In this document: one piece after another, positions 29,326-39,520 of the stretch | Layout: each line of letters starts with the position of its first letter | Numbering within the stretch: the stretch's first letter is position 1 | Position numbers and translations under genes: made by a program | The notes under the pieces: generated by a model | Told to the model about the DNA's origin: nothing | Databases searched by the model: none | The model's input: the letters and a program-made list of their open reading frames with translations, nothing else | DNA from: Flavobacteriales bacterium | Lineage (GTDB): Bacteria > Bacteroidota > Bacteroidia > Flavobacteriales_D > CAJJDF01 | Length of the DNA: 64,000 bases | Assembly (NCBI GenBank): GCA_965657945.1 | Contig: CBFHPW010000004.1 | Coordinates: 20,219-84,218, forward strand | Reading direction: 5' to 3'

Positions 29326-30225
29326 TTAATTCCTTGGGTGGAATTTCCTTATTTCTTCGTGGAGATAACTCGTGTCTAGGTGCATGTAAATTTCGGTGGT
29401 TGTGATAGATACATGACCAAGCATATCCTGTACCGCTCGCAAATCCGCCCCGGCATTTACTAGGTGTGTGGCGAACGAATGTCTAAATGTATGGGGACTA
29501 ATTACTTTTTTTATGCCCACTTTTTCTGCAAGTTTTTTTACGATAGTAAATATCATGACCCTTGTGAGTGATTTTCCACTTCTGTTTAAAAAAACAAAGT
29601 CTTCGAAACCTTTTGTAATTGCCACATGATTTCTTACCTGTGTTAGGTAAATCTTGATTTGTTTGAGGGCCGAGCCGCTTATTGGCACGAGTCTTTCCTT
29701 GTCGCCTTTTCCCACAACTTTAATAAATTCTTCATCAAAATAGATGTGAGATATTTTAAGATTCACTAGTTCGGAAACTCTCAATCCGCATCCATACAAA
29801 GTTTCCAAGATAGCTTTGTTTCTCTCGCCATTGGCAGAGCTTAAATCTATTCCGTCAATCAATAATTGAATCTCGGAAATATCTAAGGTGTCCGGAAGTT
29901 TTCTACCTAATTTGGGGCTTTCAAGAAGTTCAGCAGGATTCACGGAAGAAAGATTTTCCACTAAAAGGTAACTGTAAAAAGCCTTAATTCCTGAAATTAT
30001 TCGCGCTTGTGAACGAGAGCTCAAGCCTAATTCCACAATTGTAGATAGGAAGTGTTGTAAATCGTCAAGCGTTACTTGGGTGGGAGAAAAGTTACTTTTA
30101 TTTTCGAGTTCGAGGTATTGAGTCAGTTTATCTAAATCCCGTAAATAAGCCTCAATGGAATTATCAGACAGGGATTTCTCGATGGCTAAAAATCCCTTGA
30201 AACCTTTTTTTTGAATTTCCCACAT
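29326..30225 (-). CDS. xerD: Site-specific tyrosine recombinase XerD
   Basis: LYGCGLRVSEL, GKGDKERLVP, HTFRHSFATH, GADLRAVQDMLGH, TTEIY. Confidence 0.9.
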   Translation of the reverse strand: MWEIQKKGFKGFLAIEKSLSDNSIEAYLRDLDKLTQYLELENKSNFSPTQVTLDDLQHFLSTIVELGLSSRSQARIISGIKAFYSYLLVENLSSVNPAELLESPKLGRKLPDTLDISEIQLLIDGIDLSSANGERNKAILETLYGCGLRVSELVNLKISHIYFDEEFIKVVGKGDKERLVPISGSALKQIKIYLTQVRNHVAITKGFEDFVFLNRSGKSLTRVMIFTIVKKLAEKVGIKKVISPHTFRHSFATHLVNAGADLRAVQDMLGHVSITTTEIYMHLDTSYLHEEIRKFHPRN

Positions 30226-30249
30226 AATGCCTTGATTTAGGGTGTGCTT

Positions 30250-31098
30250 TTATTTTTCTCTCCCTTCTTTGGTTAAATAAATTCCATCCCTTTTGAGCCA
30301 AACTAATTTTTGCTTGTACAAACCACCAATTGCTTTCTTAAAAGCTTTTTTACTCATTTTTAGCTCTTCATAAATCTCTTCTGGTTTACTCTTGTCTGTT
30401 AACCCAATGTAGCCTGCATCTCCTTTCAAAATATTCAAGATTTTCTCTTGATTTTCATCTTGAGCTACATAGCCCACTTTTTGCAAAGAAACATCAATTT
30501 TATTGTCTTCTCTTATAGTTTTGATGTATCCTGTTGTATGTTCCCCAATATTCAAGTTTCTAAAAACTTCATTTTCATAAATCAGTCCTTTGTATAGTTT
30601 ATTAATGATACAATTGAAACCCAGAGGAGTTCTTTCATAAACGATAACCTCTACTTCTTGACCTTCTTTTAAGTTTATATCTTCGAACTCTAGGAAAGAA
30701 TCAATCTTGCTTGAAGCAACTAAACGTTCGCTTTCATAATCCAAATACATAGTAACTACGTAGTGCTTGTCCTCTTTCATTTTTACTTTTTGCTCTTTGA
30801 AAGGAACGAATAAATCTTTTGGGAGTCCCCAATCCAAAAAAGCCCCGACATTGTTTACTTCATTTACTTTAAGTAAGGCAAAATTGTCTAATTTGATTTT
30901 GGGAATTACAGTAGTGGCAGTCAATCGATCTTCTGAATCGGTAAACACAAACACGGTCACCTCATCTCCAATCGCCCAGCCTTCTTTGATGTAGGCATTT
31001 GGCAATAACACTTCATTCTCTTCTTTATCAATTAGATAAAATCCATTATCAGTTTCTCTGAGAATGGTAAGTGTGTTTTGTTCTCCAATATTGATCAT
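30250..31098 (-). CDS. CvfB family S1 RNA-binding protein
   Basis: GAFLDWGLPKDLFVP, three S1 repeats, C-terminal winged helix MSKKAFKKAIGGLYK. Confidence 0.9.
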   Translation of the reverse strand: MINIGEQNTLTILRETDNGFYLIDKEENEVLLPNAYIKEGWAIGDEVTVFVFTDSEDRLTATTVIPKIKLDNFALLKVNEVNNVGAFLDWGLPKDLFVPFKEQKVKMKEDKHYVVTMYLDYESERLVASSKIDSFLEFEDINLKEGQEVEVIVYERTPLGFNCIINKLYKGLIYENEVFRNLNIGEHTTGYIKTIREDNKIDVSLQKVGYVAQDENQEKILNILKGDAGYIGLTDKSKPEEIYEELKMSKKAFKKAIGGLYKQKLVWLKRDGIYLTKEGREK

Positions 31099-31919
31099 TC
31101 TTCTTTAAATTTTTTAGCCTCGTTCATAATTTTTTTTTGGTACCTTCCTTGCACCACATCCACTAGCACCAGCACGGCAATAACGAAGTAGAAAGTAGTT
31201 TGGCTCATTGCGTGAATTTGGTTGCCAAAAAAGCTCAAATGCGCTAAATGTCCTCCTTCTGTAATGAGCATAATTCCTACTATAAAGAGTATAAACAGCC
31301 CCAGTACCTCGTACATTCTGTTTTTATTCAAAAACTCCGAAACTCTATCAGCCAGTAATAACATTAATAATCCGCTGCCAATTATTGCAATTGCCATGAT
31401 GATAAAAGAAACTGCAGAATTCTCAATGTGTGAAGTTAGTCCAATTGCAGCTAAAATAGAATCAAAAGAGAAAACTAAGTTCATTATAACGATAGAAATG
31501 ATGACAGATTGAGCAGTTTTCTTTTTTCTTTCTTTTTTTACCTCTGAGTTTTGATGAGTAACACCCGACAGCATGTGCCATATTTCTTTGATTGCTGTGT
31601 ATAAGATAAATCCACCTCCAAACAACACGATAATGCTGTGTCCCGTGAAATGGTAATCTACGATTCCTTCAATGTTTCCCGTTAAAAATGAAATGGGTGA
31701 TTGGAAATACCCGATAAGTTGAACCAAAATAAAAAGCAAGACAATTCTCAATACAATCGCAATCAAGATTCCAATTTTTCTAACTCGTTTTTGGTCTTTT
31801 TCCTCAGCTTTCTTGGACTCCAACGAAATATAGAGCAAGTTGTCGAACCCCAGAACGGCTTGCAACAAAATGAGCATGAATAGAGTAAATAGATTTCCCA
31901 GTGTAAATATTTCTGACAT
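31095..31919 (-). CDS. TerC family membrane protein
   Basis: LQAVLGFDN, NLVFSFDSILAA; multiple TM helices. Confidence 0.9.
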   Translation of the reverse strand: MSEIFTLGNLFTLFMLILLQAVLGFDNLLYISLESKKAEEKDQKRVRKIGILIAIVLRIVLLFILVQLIGYFQSPISFLTGNIEGIVDYHFTGHSIIVLFGGGFILYTAIKEIWHMLSGVTHQNSEVKKERKKKTAQSVIISIVIMNLVFSFDSILAAIGLTSHIENSAVSFIIMAIAIIGSGLLMLLLADRVSEFLNKNRMYEVLGLFILFIVGIMLITEGGHLAHLSFFGNQIHAMSQTTFYFVIAVLVLVDVVQGRYQKKIMNEAKKFKEE

Positions 31920-31943
31920 AGTTCTTTTTTATTTCGGTTGATA

Positions 31944-31951
31944 CAAAGGTA
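31944..31951 (-). promoter_or_regulatory. -7 box (TACCTTTG) for the terC-cvfB-xerD unit
   Basis: CAAAGGTA on + strand, 25 nt upstream of the ATG. Confidence 0.55.
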
Positions 31952-32101
31952 AGGGATATCTCAGAACTACAAATTTCTTTCAGATTCAAAAGTGGTTAGG
32001 TCGTTTTATTTCGATAGAAGTTAATTTGAGGTATCGATTATTTCTACAAAACACCACTGCTTTGTTGTCAATTCCCACTATATTTAACTAAAAATCAAAT
32101 T

Positions 32102-35100
32102 ATGCGAATTCTTCCCTTTCTTATTTTTTTATCTAGTTTTAGTTTTGCGCAAACTTATTTTCAACAAGAAGTAAATTACAAAATAGACGTTACGCTTGAC
32201 GACAAAACCCATACTTTAAGTGCTTTCGAGACTTTTGAATACGTCAACAATTCCCCTGATGAATTGAATTTCATCTACATACATTTATGGCCCAATGCCT
32301 ACAAAGACAATACGTCTGCAATGTCATTGCAGCAATACAAAAACGGAAATAAGGTGATGGAGAATAATTCTGAGGTAGATAAAGGGTTTATTGATTCCTT
32401 AGATTTTAAAGTAGAAGGTCAACAAGCAACTTTTCTGTATAACCTTACTCATAAGGATATCGGAAAGTTAGTCTTGAATGAACCACTAAAACCAGGAGAT
32501 AAAATCACCGTTTCCACTCCTTTTCGAGTAAAACTTCCAAACGGAAACATTTCTAGATTGGGGCATGTGGGAGAATCATATCAGATAACTCAGTGGTATC
32601 CAAAGCCTGCGGTTTACGACAAGGAAGGCTGGCATCAAATGCCTTATTTAACCCAAGGAGAGTTTTATTCAGAATATGGTTCATTTGATGTAAGTATTAC
32701 CTTGCCATCTAACTATGTAGTGGGTGCTACAGGAGATTTGCAAACAGAGAGCGAAATTCAGTTTTTGGACAATAAAGCACAGCACACAGAAAGTAAATTG
32801 GACTCTATCTTAATATTGAGTGCTAAAGGGAATAATTTTCCAAAATCAAGTAGTCAGGTCAAAACAATTCGTTACACTCAATCAAAAGTGCATGATTTTG
32901 CTTGGTTTGCCGATAAGCGTTACCACGTTTTAAAAGGAGAAGTGGAATTGCCAATTAGCAAAAGAAAAGTAACAACTTGGGCAATGTTTACAAATAGTCA
33001 GGCAAATTTATGGAAAAATTCCATCGAGTATCTCAATGATGGAATCTATTGGTACAGCAAATGGAATGGCGATTATCCTTACAACCAGGTTACTGCAGTA
33101 GACGGAACAATTAGTGCAGGTGGTGGTATGGAATATCCCAATGTTACAGTAATTGGAGGAGCGAGTAGTGCAACCCAACTTGAGTTGGTGATAGTACATG
33201 AAGTAGGTCACAATTGGTTTTATGGTATTTTGGGTTCAAATGAAAGAGTTCATCCTTGGATGGACGAAGGAATAAACACGGCAAATGAAATTCGCTATTT
33301 CAAAACCAAATACCCTGAAAACAATGAGTTTTCAAACAACTTTGGCGGTGTTGCTGATAAAATTCATTTGGGAGGAATTAGTCATCATTGCGGAAATCAT
33401 TTGACTTACGGTTTTTCTGCAAACAACGGAAAGGACCAACCTATTGAGTTGCATAGCAACGACTACACGTCTCTCAATTACGGAGCAATTGTGTATGCCA
33501 AGACAGGATTAGTGTTTACTTATTTGCGCGATTATTTGGGAGAAAACGTGTACGACAAAGCCATGAAAGCTTATTTTGACCAATGGAAGTTTAAGCATCC
33601 ACAGCCAAAAGATTTACAAAAAGTAATGGAAAGCCAAACGGGTAAAAATCTCAATTGGTTTTTTGATGATGTGATTAACACCACTGGTAAGATTGATTTT
33701 AAACTGAGAAGAGTAAGGAAAAGGAATGAGGGAGGATATTCCGTAGAGATTTTGAATGCGGGTGATATTCGATCTCCTGTAAGAGTAGATGCTTATTTTG
33801 AAGGGAAATTAGTTGAAACTGTTTGGACAGAATCTACAGAAGATTTTGGTGTTCTTGATGCTAAGATTCATTCCACACAAATTGATAAAGTGGTAATAGA
33901 TGGCGAAGAAAATATGCCTGATGTCAATCGAATGAATAATAGTTGGGAGAAAGCTCGAATGCTAAATAAAGTGGAGCCTATGCATTTTGAATTCTTGGCA
34001 GGAGACAATGAATCGGACAAAAATACGATTTGGTGGACTCCCATTGTTGGAGCAAATGCTTATGATAAGCTTATGGTTGGAGCTCTATTCCACAATATCA
34101 CAGCGCCCAAAAATAAATTAGAGTTCTCCGTAGCGCCTATGTTTTCTTTTGGAAATAGCACACTCGCTGGAATTGGAGATGTACACCTAAATTTTACTCC
34201 AGCCAGACTGATAAAAAAAATGGAGGTAGGAGTGAAGGGACAAACTTTTGGTGAGGAGATTTTAATCAGCGATAAATCGCCCTATTCATTCGGCCTAGAA
34301 GGAAGTTCATCTTTAGACAAAATGATGTATTGGGTTGTGAAACCCTATTTATTTATGGAATTGGGTAACAATAGAGAAAGAAGAAGATTTAGTCATAATG
34401 TAGAACTACAGTATGTTTGGGCGAGAAGTGTGAGCGAGCTTCAAACGGCTGAGACTGGAACGAAAGGTGGGTTTGTTCAGTATAACTTTAATTACAAAAA
34501 AAGGAAGTATAGTTTGGAATCTAATTTGAGGGTCGATTTACTTGGCGATGATGTCTTATCAAATTATTCCAATTCATTTGTTTACCTTGATATCAAACAA
34601 GCGTGGACTTATCGAATAAAATCAGAAAAGAAAATTGAGCTCAGGATGTTTGTGGGTAAGAGCCTGTACACAAGAAGTTTACTGGGAGTAGAGAATGATT
34701 TTCGTTTTGGATTTGCGCTTGGAGGACAAAATGGCACCCAAGATTACTTTTATGAGCAGTTCATGTTCGGAAGAAATGAATCCAACGGATTGTGGGCACA
34801 ACAGAGGATAGAAAATCAGGGAGGATTTAAAACTGTGAGCGACTTCGGTTTTTCTACCAACTTTATGGCATCGGCCAATTTGTATGCCGAACTTCCTTGG
34901 GGTCCAATTGGAGTGTTTGGAGATTACGGAGTTTTCGACAATGGAAATAAACTGATTACCGCTGTAAATGCTGGATTGGGAATTAGGTTATTACAAGGTA
35001 ATTTGGCAGCTTATGTGCCATTAATTTCAACTAGTAACCTACAAAACTCACTGACTCAAAAAGAGTTTATACACACAATACGAATCACGTTGAATATATC

Positions 35101-35140
35101 TGCCTTGACTTACCGAAATTTGTTAGGAGGGGTTAATTAA
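32102..35140 (+). CDS. Secreted M1 family zinc aminopeptidase with long C-terminal beta-rich domain
   Basis: Signal peptide; GGMEY; HEVGH-X18-E (WMDEG); YGAIVYAK catalytic Tyr region. Confidence 0.88.
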   Translation: MRILPFLIFLSSFSFAQTYFQQEVNYKIDVTLDDKTHTLSAFETFEYVNNSPDELNFIYIHLWPNAYKDNTSAMSLQQYKNGNKVMENNSEVDKGFIDSLDFKVEGQQATFLYNLTHKDIGKLVLNEPLKPGDKITVSTPFRVKLPNGNISRLGHVGESYQITQWYPKPAVYDKEGWHQMPYLTQGEFYSEYGSFDVSITLPSNYVVGATGDLQTESEIQFLDNKAQHTESKLDSILILSAKGNNFPKSSSQVKTIRYTQSKVHDFAWFADKRYHVLKGEVELPISKRKVTTWAMFTNSQANLWKNSIEYLNDGIYWYSKWNGDYPYNQVTAVDGTISAGGGMEYPNVTVIGGASSATQLELVIVHEVGHNWFYGILGSNERVHPWMDEGINTANEIRYFKTKYPENNEFSNNFGGVADKIHLGGISHHCGNHLTYGFSANNGKDQPIELHSNDYTSLNYGAIVYAKTGLVFTYLRDYLGENVYDKAMKAYFDQWKFKHPQPKDLQKVMESQTGKNLNWFFDDVINTTGKIDFKLRRVRKRNEGGYSVEILNAGDIRSPVRVDAYFEGKLVETVWTESTEDFGVLDAKIHSTQIDKVVIDGEENMPDVNRMNNSWEKARMLNKVEPMHFEFLAGDNESDKNTIWWTPIVGANAYDKLMVGALFHNITAPKNKLEFSVAPMFSFGNSTLAGIGDVHLNFTPARLIKKMEVGVKGQTFGEEILISDKSPYSFGLEGSSSLDKMMYWVVKPYLFMELGNNRERRRFSHNVELQYVWARSVSELQTAETGTKGGFVQYNFNYKKRKYSLESNLRVDLLGDDVLSNYSNSFVYLDIKQAWTYRIKSEKKIELRMFVGKSLYTRSLLGVENDFRFGFALGGQNGTQDYFYEQFMFGRNESNGLWAQQRIENQGGFKTVSDFGFSTNFMASANLYAELPWGPIGVFGDYGVFDNGNKLITAVNAGLGIRLLQGNLAAYVPLISTSNLQNSLTQKEFIHTIRITLNISALTYRNLLGGVN

Positions 35141-36091
35141 TAGCTTAGCGTCCTCAAAACTATTCCCTTTTAAGTAATCAATAACTGTCATTTTTCTTTT
35201 TCCAGCAGGCTGAAATTCCATGATACTTAATTTTCCATGAGGAGTAGAAACATGAATGTATTCTTTGTTGTCAGTTGATACTGAGAATAAGTGCTCATCT
35301 GTATCCAAAATTTCTATCGAATATATTTTGGTTCCAATTGATTTGCCATTTTTAACAAACTCTGTCCAAGCGCAGGGGTAGGGCGAGAGTCCTCTCACAA
35401 AGTTGTGGATATTTTCCATGGATTGAGACCAATCTATCTTACAATCTTGTTTGAAAATCTTATGAGCTGGTTTTAATTCCTTTTCATCTGCAAAGAGTGA
35501 ATTTTGAGATGTTTCTGAATAATCTTCATTTTCAATTGCTTTTACTGTTTTTACTACAAGTTTTCCGCCAATTTCCATTAGTTTATCATGCAGTATTCCG
35601 GCAGTGTCATTGTCATCAATCTTTACTCTTTCTTGAAATAAAATTTTTCCGGTATCGATTTCTTTTTCGATAAAAAAAGTAGTCACACCGCTTTCTTTTT
35701 CTCCATTAATTATTGCCCAGTTGATAGGGGCCGCTCCTCGGTATTGGGGCAGGAGAGAACCATGTAAATTAAAAGTGCCATATTCTGGCATGTTCCATAC
35801 TACTTCTGGCAGCATCCTAAAGGCTACAACTACTTGTAAGTTGGCTTTCAGAGACTTTAACTCCTCAAGAAATTCAGGGTTTTTTAGTTTTTCTGGTTGA
35901 AGCACTTTTAGGTTTTGAGAAACAGCATATTTTTTCACCGCAGATTCTTGTATTTTTTGCCCTCTTCCCGCTGGTCTATCTGGTGCCGTGATTACCCCTA
36001 CAATTTCACTACCTGATTCAACAAGTGATTTCAAAGATTCTACAGCAAAATCTGGAGTTCCCATAAATACTATTCTTATTTTTTTTGACAT
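35123..36091 (-). CDS. fmt: Methionyl-tRNA formyltransferase
   Basis: FMGTPDFA, PDRPAGRG, NLHGSLLPQYRGAAPI, GLSPYP. Confidence 0.97.
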   Translation of the reverse strand: MSKKIRIVFMGTPDFAVESLKSLVESGSEIVGVITAPDRPAGRGQKIQESAVKKYAVSQNLKVLQPEKLKNPEFLEELKSLKANLQVVVAFRMLPEVVWNMPEYGTFNLHGSLLPQYRGAAPINWAIINGEKESGVTTFFIEKEIDTGKILFQERVKIDDNDTAGILHDKLMEIGGKLVVKTVKAIENEDYSETSQNSLFADEKELKPAHKIFKQDCKIDWSQSMENIHNFVRGLSPYPCAWTEFVKNGKSIGTKIYSIEILDTDEHLFSVSTDNKEYIHVSTPHGKLSIMEFQPAGKRKMTVIDYLKGNSFEDAKLLINPS

Positions 36092-36185
36092 GTAGAGTGG
36101 GTTAAGGTCGTTTTTTGTGTTTTCTAACAACGTATAAAATACTATCTTCGTTCGGTCGTTACACAAAAGTAATTCTTTGAATCGA

Positions 36186-37361
36186 ATGCAAAAACCAAAT
36201 GTATTATTTATTTCAAGTTGGTACCCTAGTAAGGAACACCAAACGTTAGGGAACTTCGTTCAGCGACATGCTGAATCTATTCATCCTTTTGCCAATTTAT
36301 GGGTATTGTATGCCACTTCGAGCGAAAAGTTACAGGAGGAGTTTGAGTTGGAATACGCTGAAATAAATGGTGTAAAAACTGTGCATGTTTATTATCAAAA
36401 GGTAGATTCTTCAATACCTATTTTGAATTCTGCAAAAAAACTATCTCGATATAGGAAGGCTTATGAGTTAGGAATTTCTTTTCTGAAAGAGAATCATAAC
36501 ATGTCAGAATTTGATTTGGTTCATTGCAACGTTACATTTCCGGCAGGAATTATTGCAATGGATCTCAAGAAGAATTACCAAATTCCTTATGTATTAACTG
36601 AACATTGGACCTTATTTTTACCGTATAAGAATGATTTTAAGAAATTGAATGTACTGGTAAAAAGAAAGATGAAAGAAATTATAGGAAACGCAGCCAAAGT
36701 TCTCCCGGTTTCTAAACATTTAGCTGAATCAATGCAAGACAAAGGTTTGAAAGGGAATTATTCTGTAATACCTAATGTTGCTGACACTAGTTTGTTCTCA
36801 TTGAAACATAAAACAGAGCGAGATATAAAAAAGATTTTACATATTTCTACGCTGTTAGATGACCACAAAAATATTTCGGGGATTTTTAGAGTATTGAGAA
36901 AAATAGCGGAAACGAGGCAGGATTTTCAATTGGTAATCGTAACAGATGGAGACATTGAAAAAGCCAAGTTTTTACAAAAATCAATCGGCCTTCAAGATAG
37001 ATATGTAACTTATCATGGAACAAAAACACCTTCCGAAATTGCTGAGTTTTACAAGACTTCTGATTTTTTTGTACTATTCAGTAATTATGAAAATTTACCT
37101 GTAGTTATGGTAGAGAGTTTGTGCTGTGGATTACCTTTTGTATCCTCAAATGTTGGAGGGATTTCCGAGTGCGTAAATGACAAAAATGGACGACTTGTAG
37201 AGGCAGGAGATGAGCCCGCTTTGAAAATAGAAATTGAATTTATGTTGGATTCAATTCAAGAATTTGATTCGAATGAAATTAGGGAAGCAGCAGTAAGTCA
37301 ATTTGACAATGAAGTTGTTGGTGAGAGATATTTAACTATTTATAAGGAAATTATAAGTTGA
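36186..37361 (+). CDS. GT4 family glycosyltransferase
   Basis: SWYP..GNFV, TEHW, IPN, EX7E motif (ENLPVVMVE), VGGISE. Confidence 0.9.
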   Translation: MQKPNVLFISSWYPSKEHQTLGNFVQRHAESIHPFANLWVLYATSSEKLQEEFELEYAEINGVKTVHVYYQKVDSSIPILNSAKKLSRYRKAYELGISFLKENHNMSEFDLVHCNVTFPAGIIAMDLKKNYQIPYVLTEHWTLFLPYKNDFKKLNVLVKRKMKEIIGNAAKVLPVSKHLAESMQDKGLKGNYSVIPNVADTSLFSLKHKTERDIKKILHISTLLDDHKNISGIFRVLRKIAETRQDFQLVIVTDGDIEKAKFLQKSIGLQDRYVTYHGTKTPSEIAEFYKTSDFFVLFSNYENLPVVMVESLCCGLPFVSSNVGGISECVNDKNGRLVEAGDEPALKIEIEFMLDSIQEFDSNEIREAAVSQFDNEVVGERYLTIYKEIIS

Positions 37362-38593
37362 TAAAAACAATTTCAAATACCACTTTTACACTTGCGATAG
37401 TAAGTATTCTAAATTTTGTTTTGGTGGCATTGGTTGCCAATTATTTGGGAGAAACTGGAGTGGCAACCATGGGTTTAATTATTCTTGGGGTTAGTTTTAT
37501 TGTACTTATTAATAACCTAGTAGGAGGAAGTGCTTTGGTTTATCTTACACCTCGAAAGCCTCTTTTGTCTATATTGTTGGTTTCTTACACTTGGGCTTTT
37601 GTATCAGCATTTTTAATGGGTTTTCTTCTTTGGCTTTTTGAACTCGTACCTGCCGATTATATTTATTGGACCATTCTTATTGGTGCAATGGAATGTATTT
37701 TCTCTATTCATAATCAGGTGTATATAGGAAAGGAGAATATAAGAACCCACAATGTGTTAAAACTCACGCAAAAATTAGTTCAGGTTTTGTTGTTTTTAGT
37801 ACTTGGAGTAACACTCCAGAACTTTGTTCTAGCACTTTTTGTGTCTTATGCCATAGCCTTATTCTTATCATTTTTGGTCATGGTAAAGCAGGTCAAGTCT
37901 TTTGAGATTAATGATTTAAAAGGTGTTTTTGTTTCTTCCTTTCAGTTTGGTTTGCAAATTCAATTTTCAAATATTGTTCAACTTATGAACTATAGGCTGT
38001 TGTATTTTTACATAGAAAAATCAATGGTAGGAGCTTTGGGAATTTTTATTATTGCGGTTCAATTGTCCGAAAGCCTTTGGATTCCTTCCAAAGCTTTAGC
38101 CATTATTCAGTACGGAAAAGTATCCAATGAAAAGGACAAAAGAACCAAAGCTGACCTTACTGTTAGTTTTCTGCATCTGTCGTTTTTGATTACTGCTGTT
38201 GGGATAGTTGTGTTGTGTTTGGTTCCTAATGCCTGGATTCTTGAGGTTTTTGGAAAAGACATTAGCGGAACAAAACCAGTGATTTATGGTCTTTCGATTG
38301 GAGTTATGGCAGTAGCCATCTCTCAATCATTTTCTCACTTCTTATCTGGGATAGGGAAGTATTCTTTTTTAATTGTAGGAGCTATCCTTGGTCTTTTGCC
38401 TATTCTGTTGGCAGGAAATGTTGTTGTAACAAATCATGGTTTGATTGGTGCTGCAGTGTTGACATCGGTAAGCTATTTAATTTCTAGCGTATACTTAGGT
38501 GTTGTTTTTTATAAACAATCAGGACTAGGGATAAAAGAGATTTTGTTATCTAAAACGAACTTATTTCAATCGATAGCTTTGTTAAAAAAATAG
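37358..38593 (+). CDS. Wzx/MOP-family polysaccharide flippase
   Basis: About 12 TM helices, QLMNYR, LGIF..AVQLSESLW, GLIGAA; TTG start overlaps the GT4 stop. Confidence 0.8.
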   Translation: MIKTISNTTFTLAIVSILNFVLVALVANYLGETGVATMGLIILGVSFIVLINNLVGGSALVYLTPRKPLLSILLVSYTWAFVSAFLMGFLLWLFELVPADYIYWTILIGAMECIFSIHNQVYIGKENIRTHNVLKLTQKLVQVLLFLVLGVTLQNFVLALFVSYAIALFLSFLVMVKQVKSFEINDLKGVFVSSFQFGLQIQFSNIVQLMNYRLLYFYIEKSMVGALGIFIIAVQLSESLWIPSKALAIIQYGKVSNEKDKRTKADLTVSFLHLSFLITAVGIVVLCLVPNAWILEVFGKDISGTKPVIYGLSIGVMAVAISQSFSHFLSGIGKYSFLIVGAILGLLPILLAGNVVVTNHGLIGAAVLTSVSYLISSVYLGVVFYKQSGLGIKEILLSKTNLFQSIALLKK

Positions 38594-38701
38594 AGAAAAC
38601 CTCAATTTCTTGACAAAACTTGTTTTATTAACTGACATTCATCACATTTCTTGTTGCGTATGTGGTCTACATTTATGAAAAATAATAGACCACTCTTTCC
38701 T

Positions 38702-39517
38702 ATGCAAAAACTTCTTGTACCAACCGATTTTTCTGAATGCGCTGAGAATGCTTTAGATTACGCACTATTTCTGGCCAAAAAAATGGGTGCTGATATCACA
38801 CTATTGAGCGCGTATCACATACCATCTTCTGGCGCAGCGACCATTGTGGTTAATATACAAGAGGACATGCGAAAAGAAACAGAGGAGGAGTTGGCTGCTT
38901 TGATTAAAAAAAAGAAAAACGATTTTCCAAACGTTAAAATCACCCCAGAAACAGATTTTAATGTTCCGGTGAATTCAATCCTGCGACATACCCAAAAAAA
39001 CGAGTACGATATGGTGGTTATTGGAACAACTGGTGCAACTGGTATCAAGGATATGTTTTTGGGAAGCACAACTTCCAATATTGTGGATAAGGTTAAAATT
39101 CCTATTCTTGCGGTTCCTCACAACTCAGATTTTAAATCCATTGATTCTATTTTGATGGCTTGTAGCCTGGATAGTATAAAATCTGTGGATTCAATGAATT
39201 TTTTAAAGCTATTTGCCACAACATTAAATTTGAAAGTAAAATTCTTTAATGTATTCAAAGAGGAGGATGAAGAAATGGAAGAGAGATTGGCAAAAAAGAA
39301 AGAAAGCTTAAAAATAATTTTTGATTCCTTTAAATATGAAATAGAGTTAATTAAATCAAATGACATCGAAAATGCTGTATTAGAAGCCGTTGGACAAAAC
39401 CAACTATTGTCGGTAGTAACTCGTGAGCGAAAATTCTTTGACAAAATGTTTCATCCAAGCATGAGTAAAAAACTAGCTAAACATTCAACAAGTCCAATTT
39501 TAATCTTACATGAATAA
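38702..39517 (+). CDS. Universal stress protein (tandem USP domains)
   Basis: LLVPTDFSECAENA, VIGTTGATG..LGSTT, PILAVP, PILILH. Confidence 0.92.
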   Translation: MQKLLVPTDFSECAENALDYALFLAKKMGADITLLSAYHIPSSGAATIVVNIQEDMRKETEEELAALIKKKKNDFPNVKITPETDFNVPVNSILRHTQKNEYDMVVIGTTGATGIKDMFLGSTTSNIVDKVKIPILAVPHNSDFKSIDSILMACSLDSIKSVDSMNFLKLFATTLNLKVKFFNVFKEEDEEMEERLAKKKESLKIIFDSFKYEIELIKSNDIENAVLEAVGQNQLLSVVTRERKFFDKMFHPSMSKKLAKHSTSPILILHE

Positions 39518-39520
39518 TAG

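Noticed and set aside
29326-30225. Tyrosine recombinase as a phage/ICE integrase
   Set aside because: About 300 aa with XerD-typical motifs, in an operon with cvfB/terC. No att repeats, tRNA or mobile cargo nearby.
31095-31919. TerC as part of a tellurite-resistance/defence ter cluster
   Set aside because: Stand-alone gene with no terABDEZ; more likely a housekeeping metal-related membrane protein.
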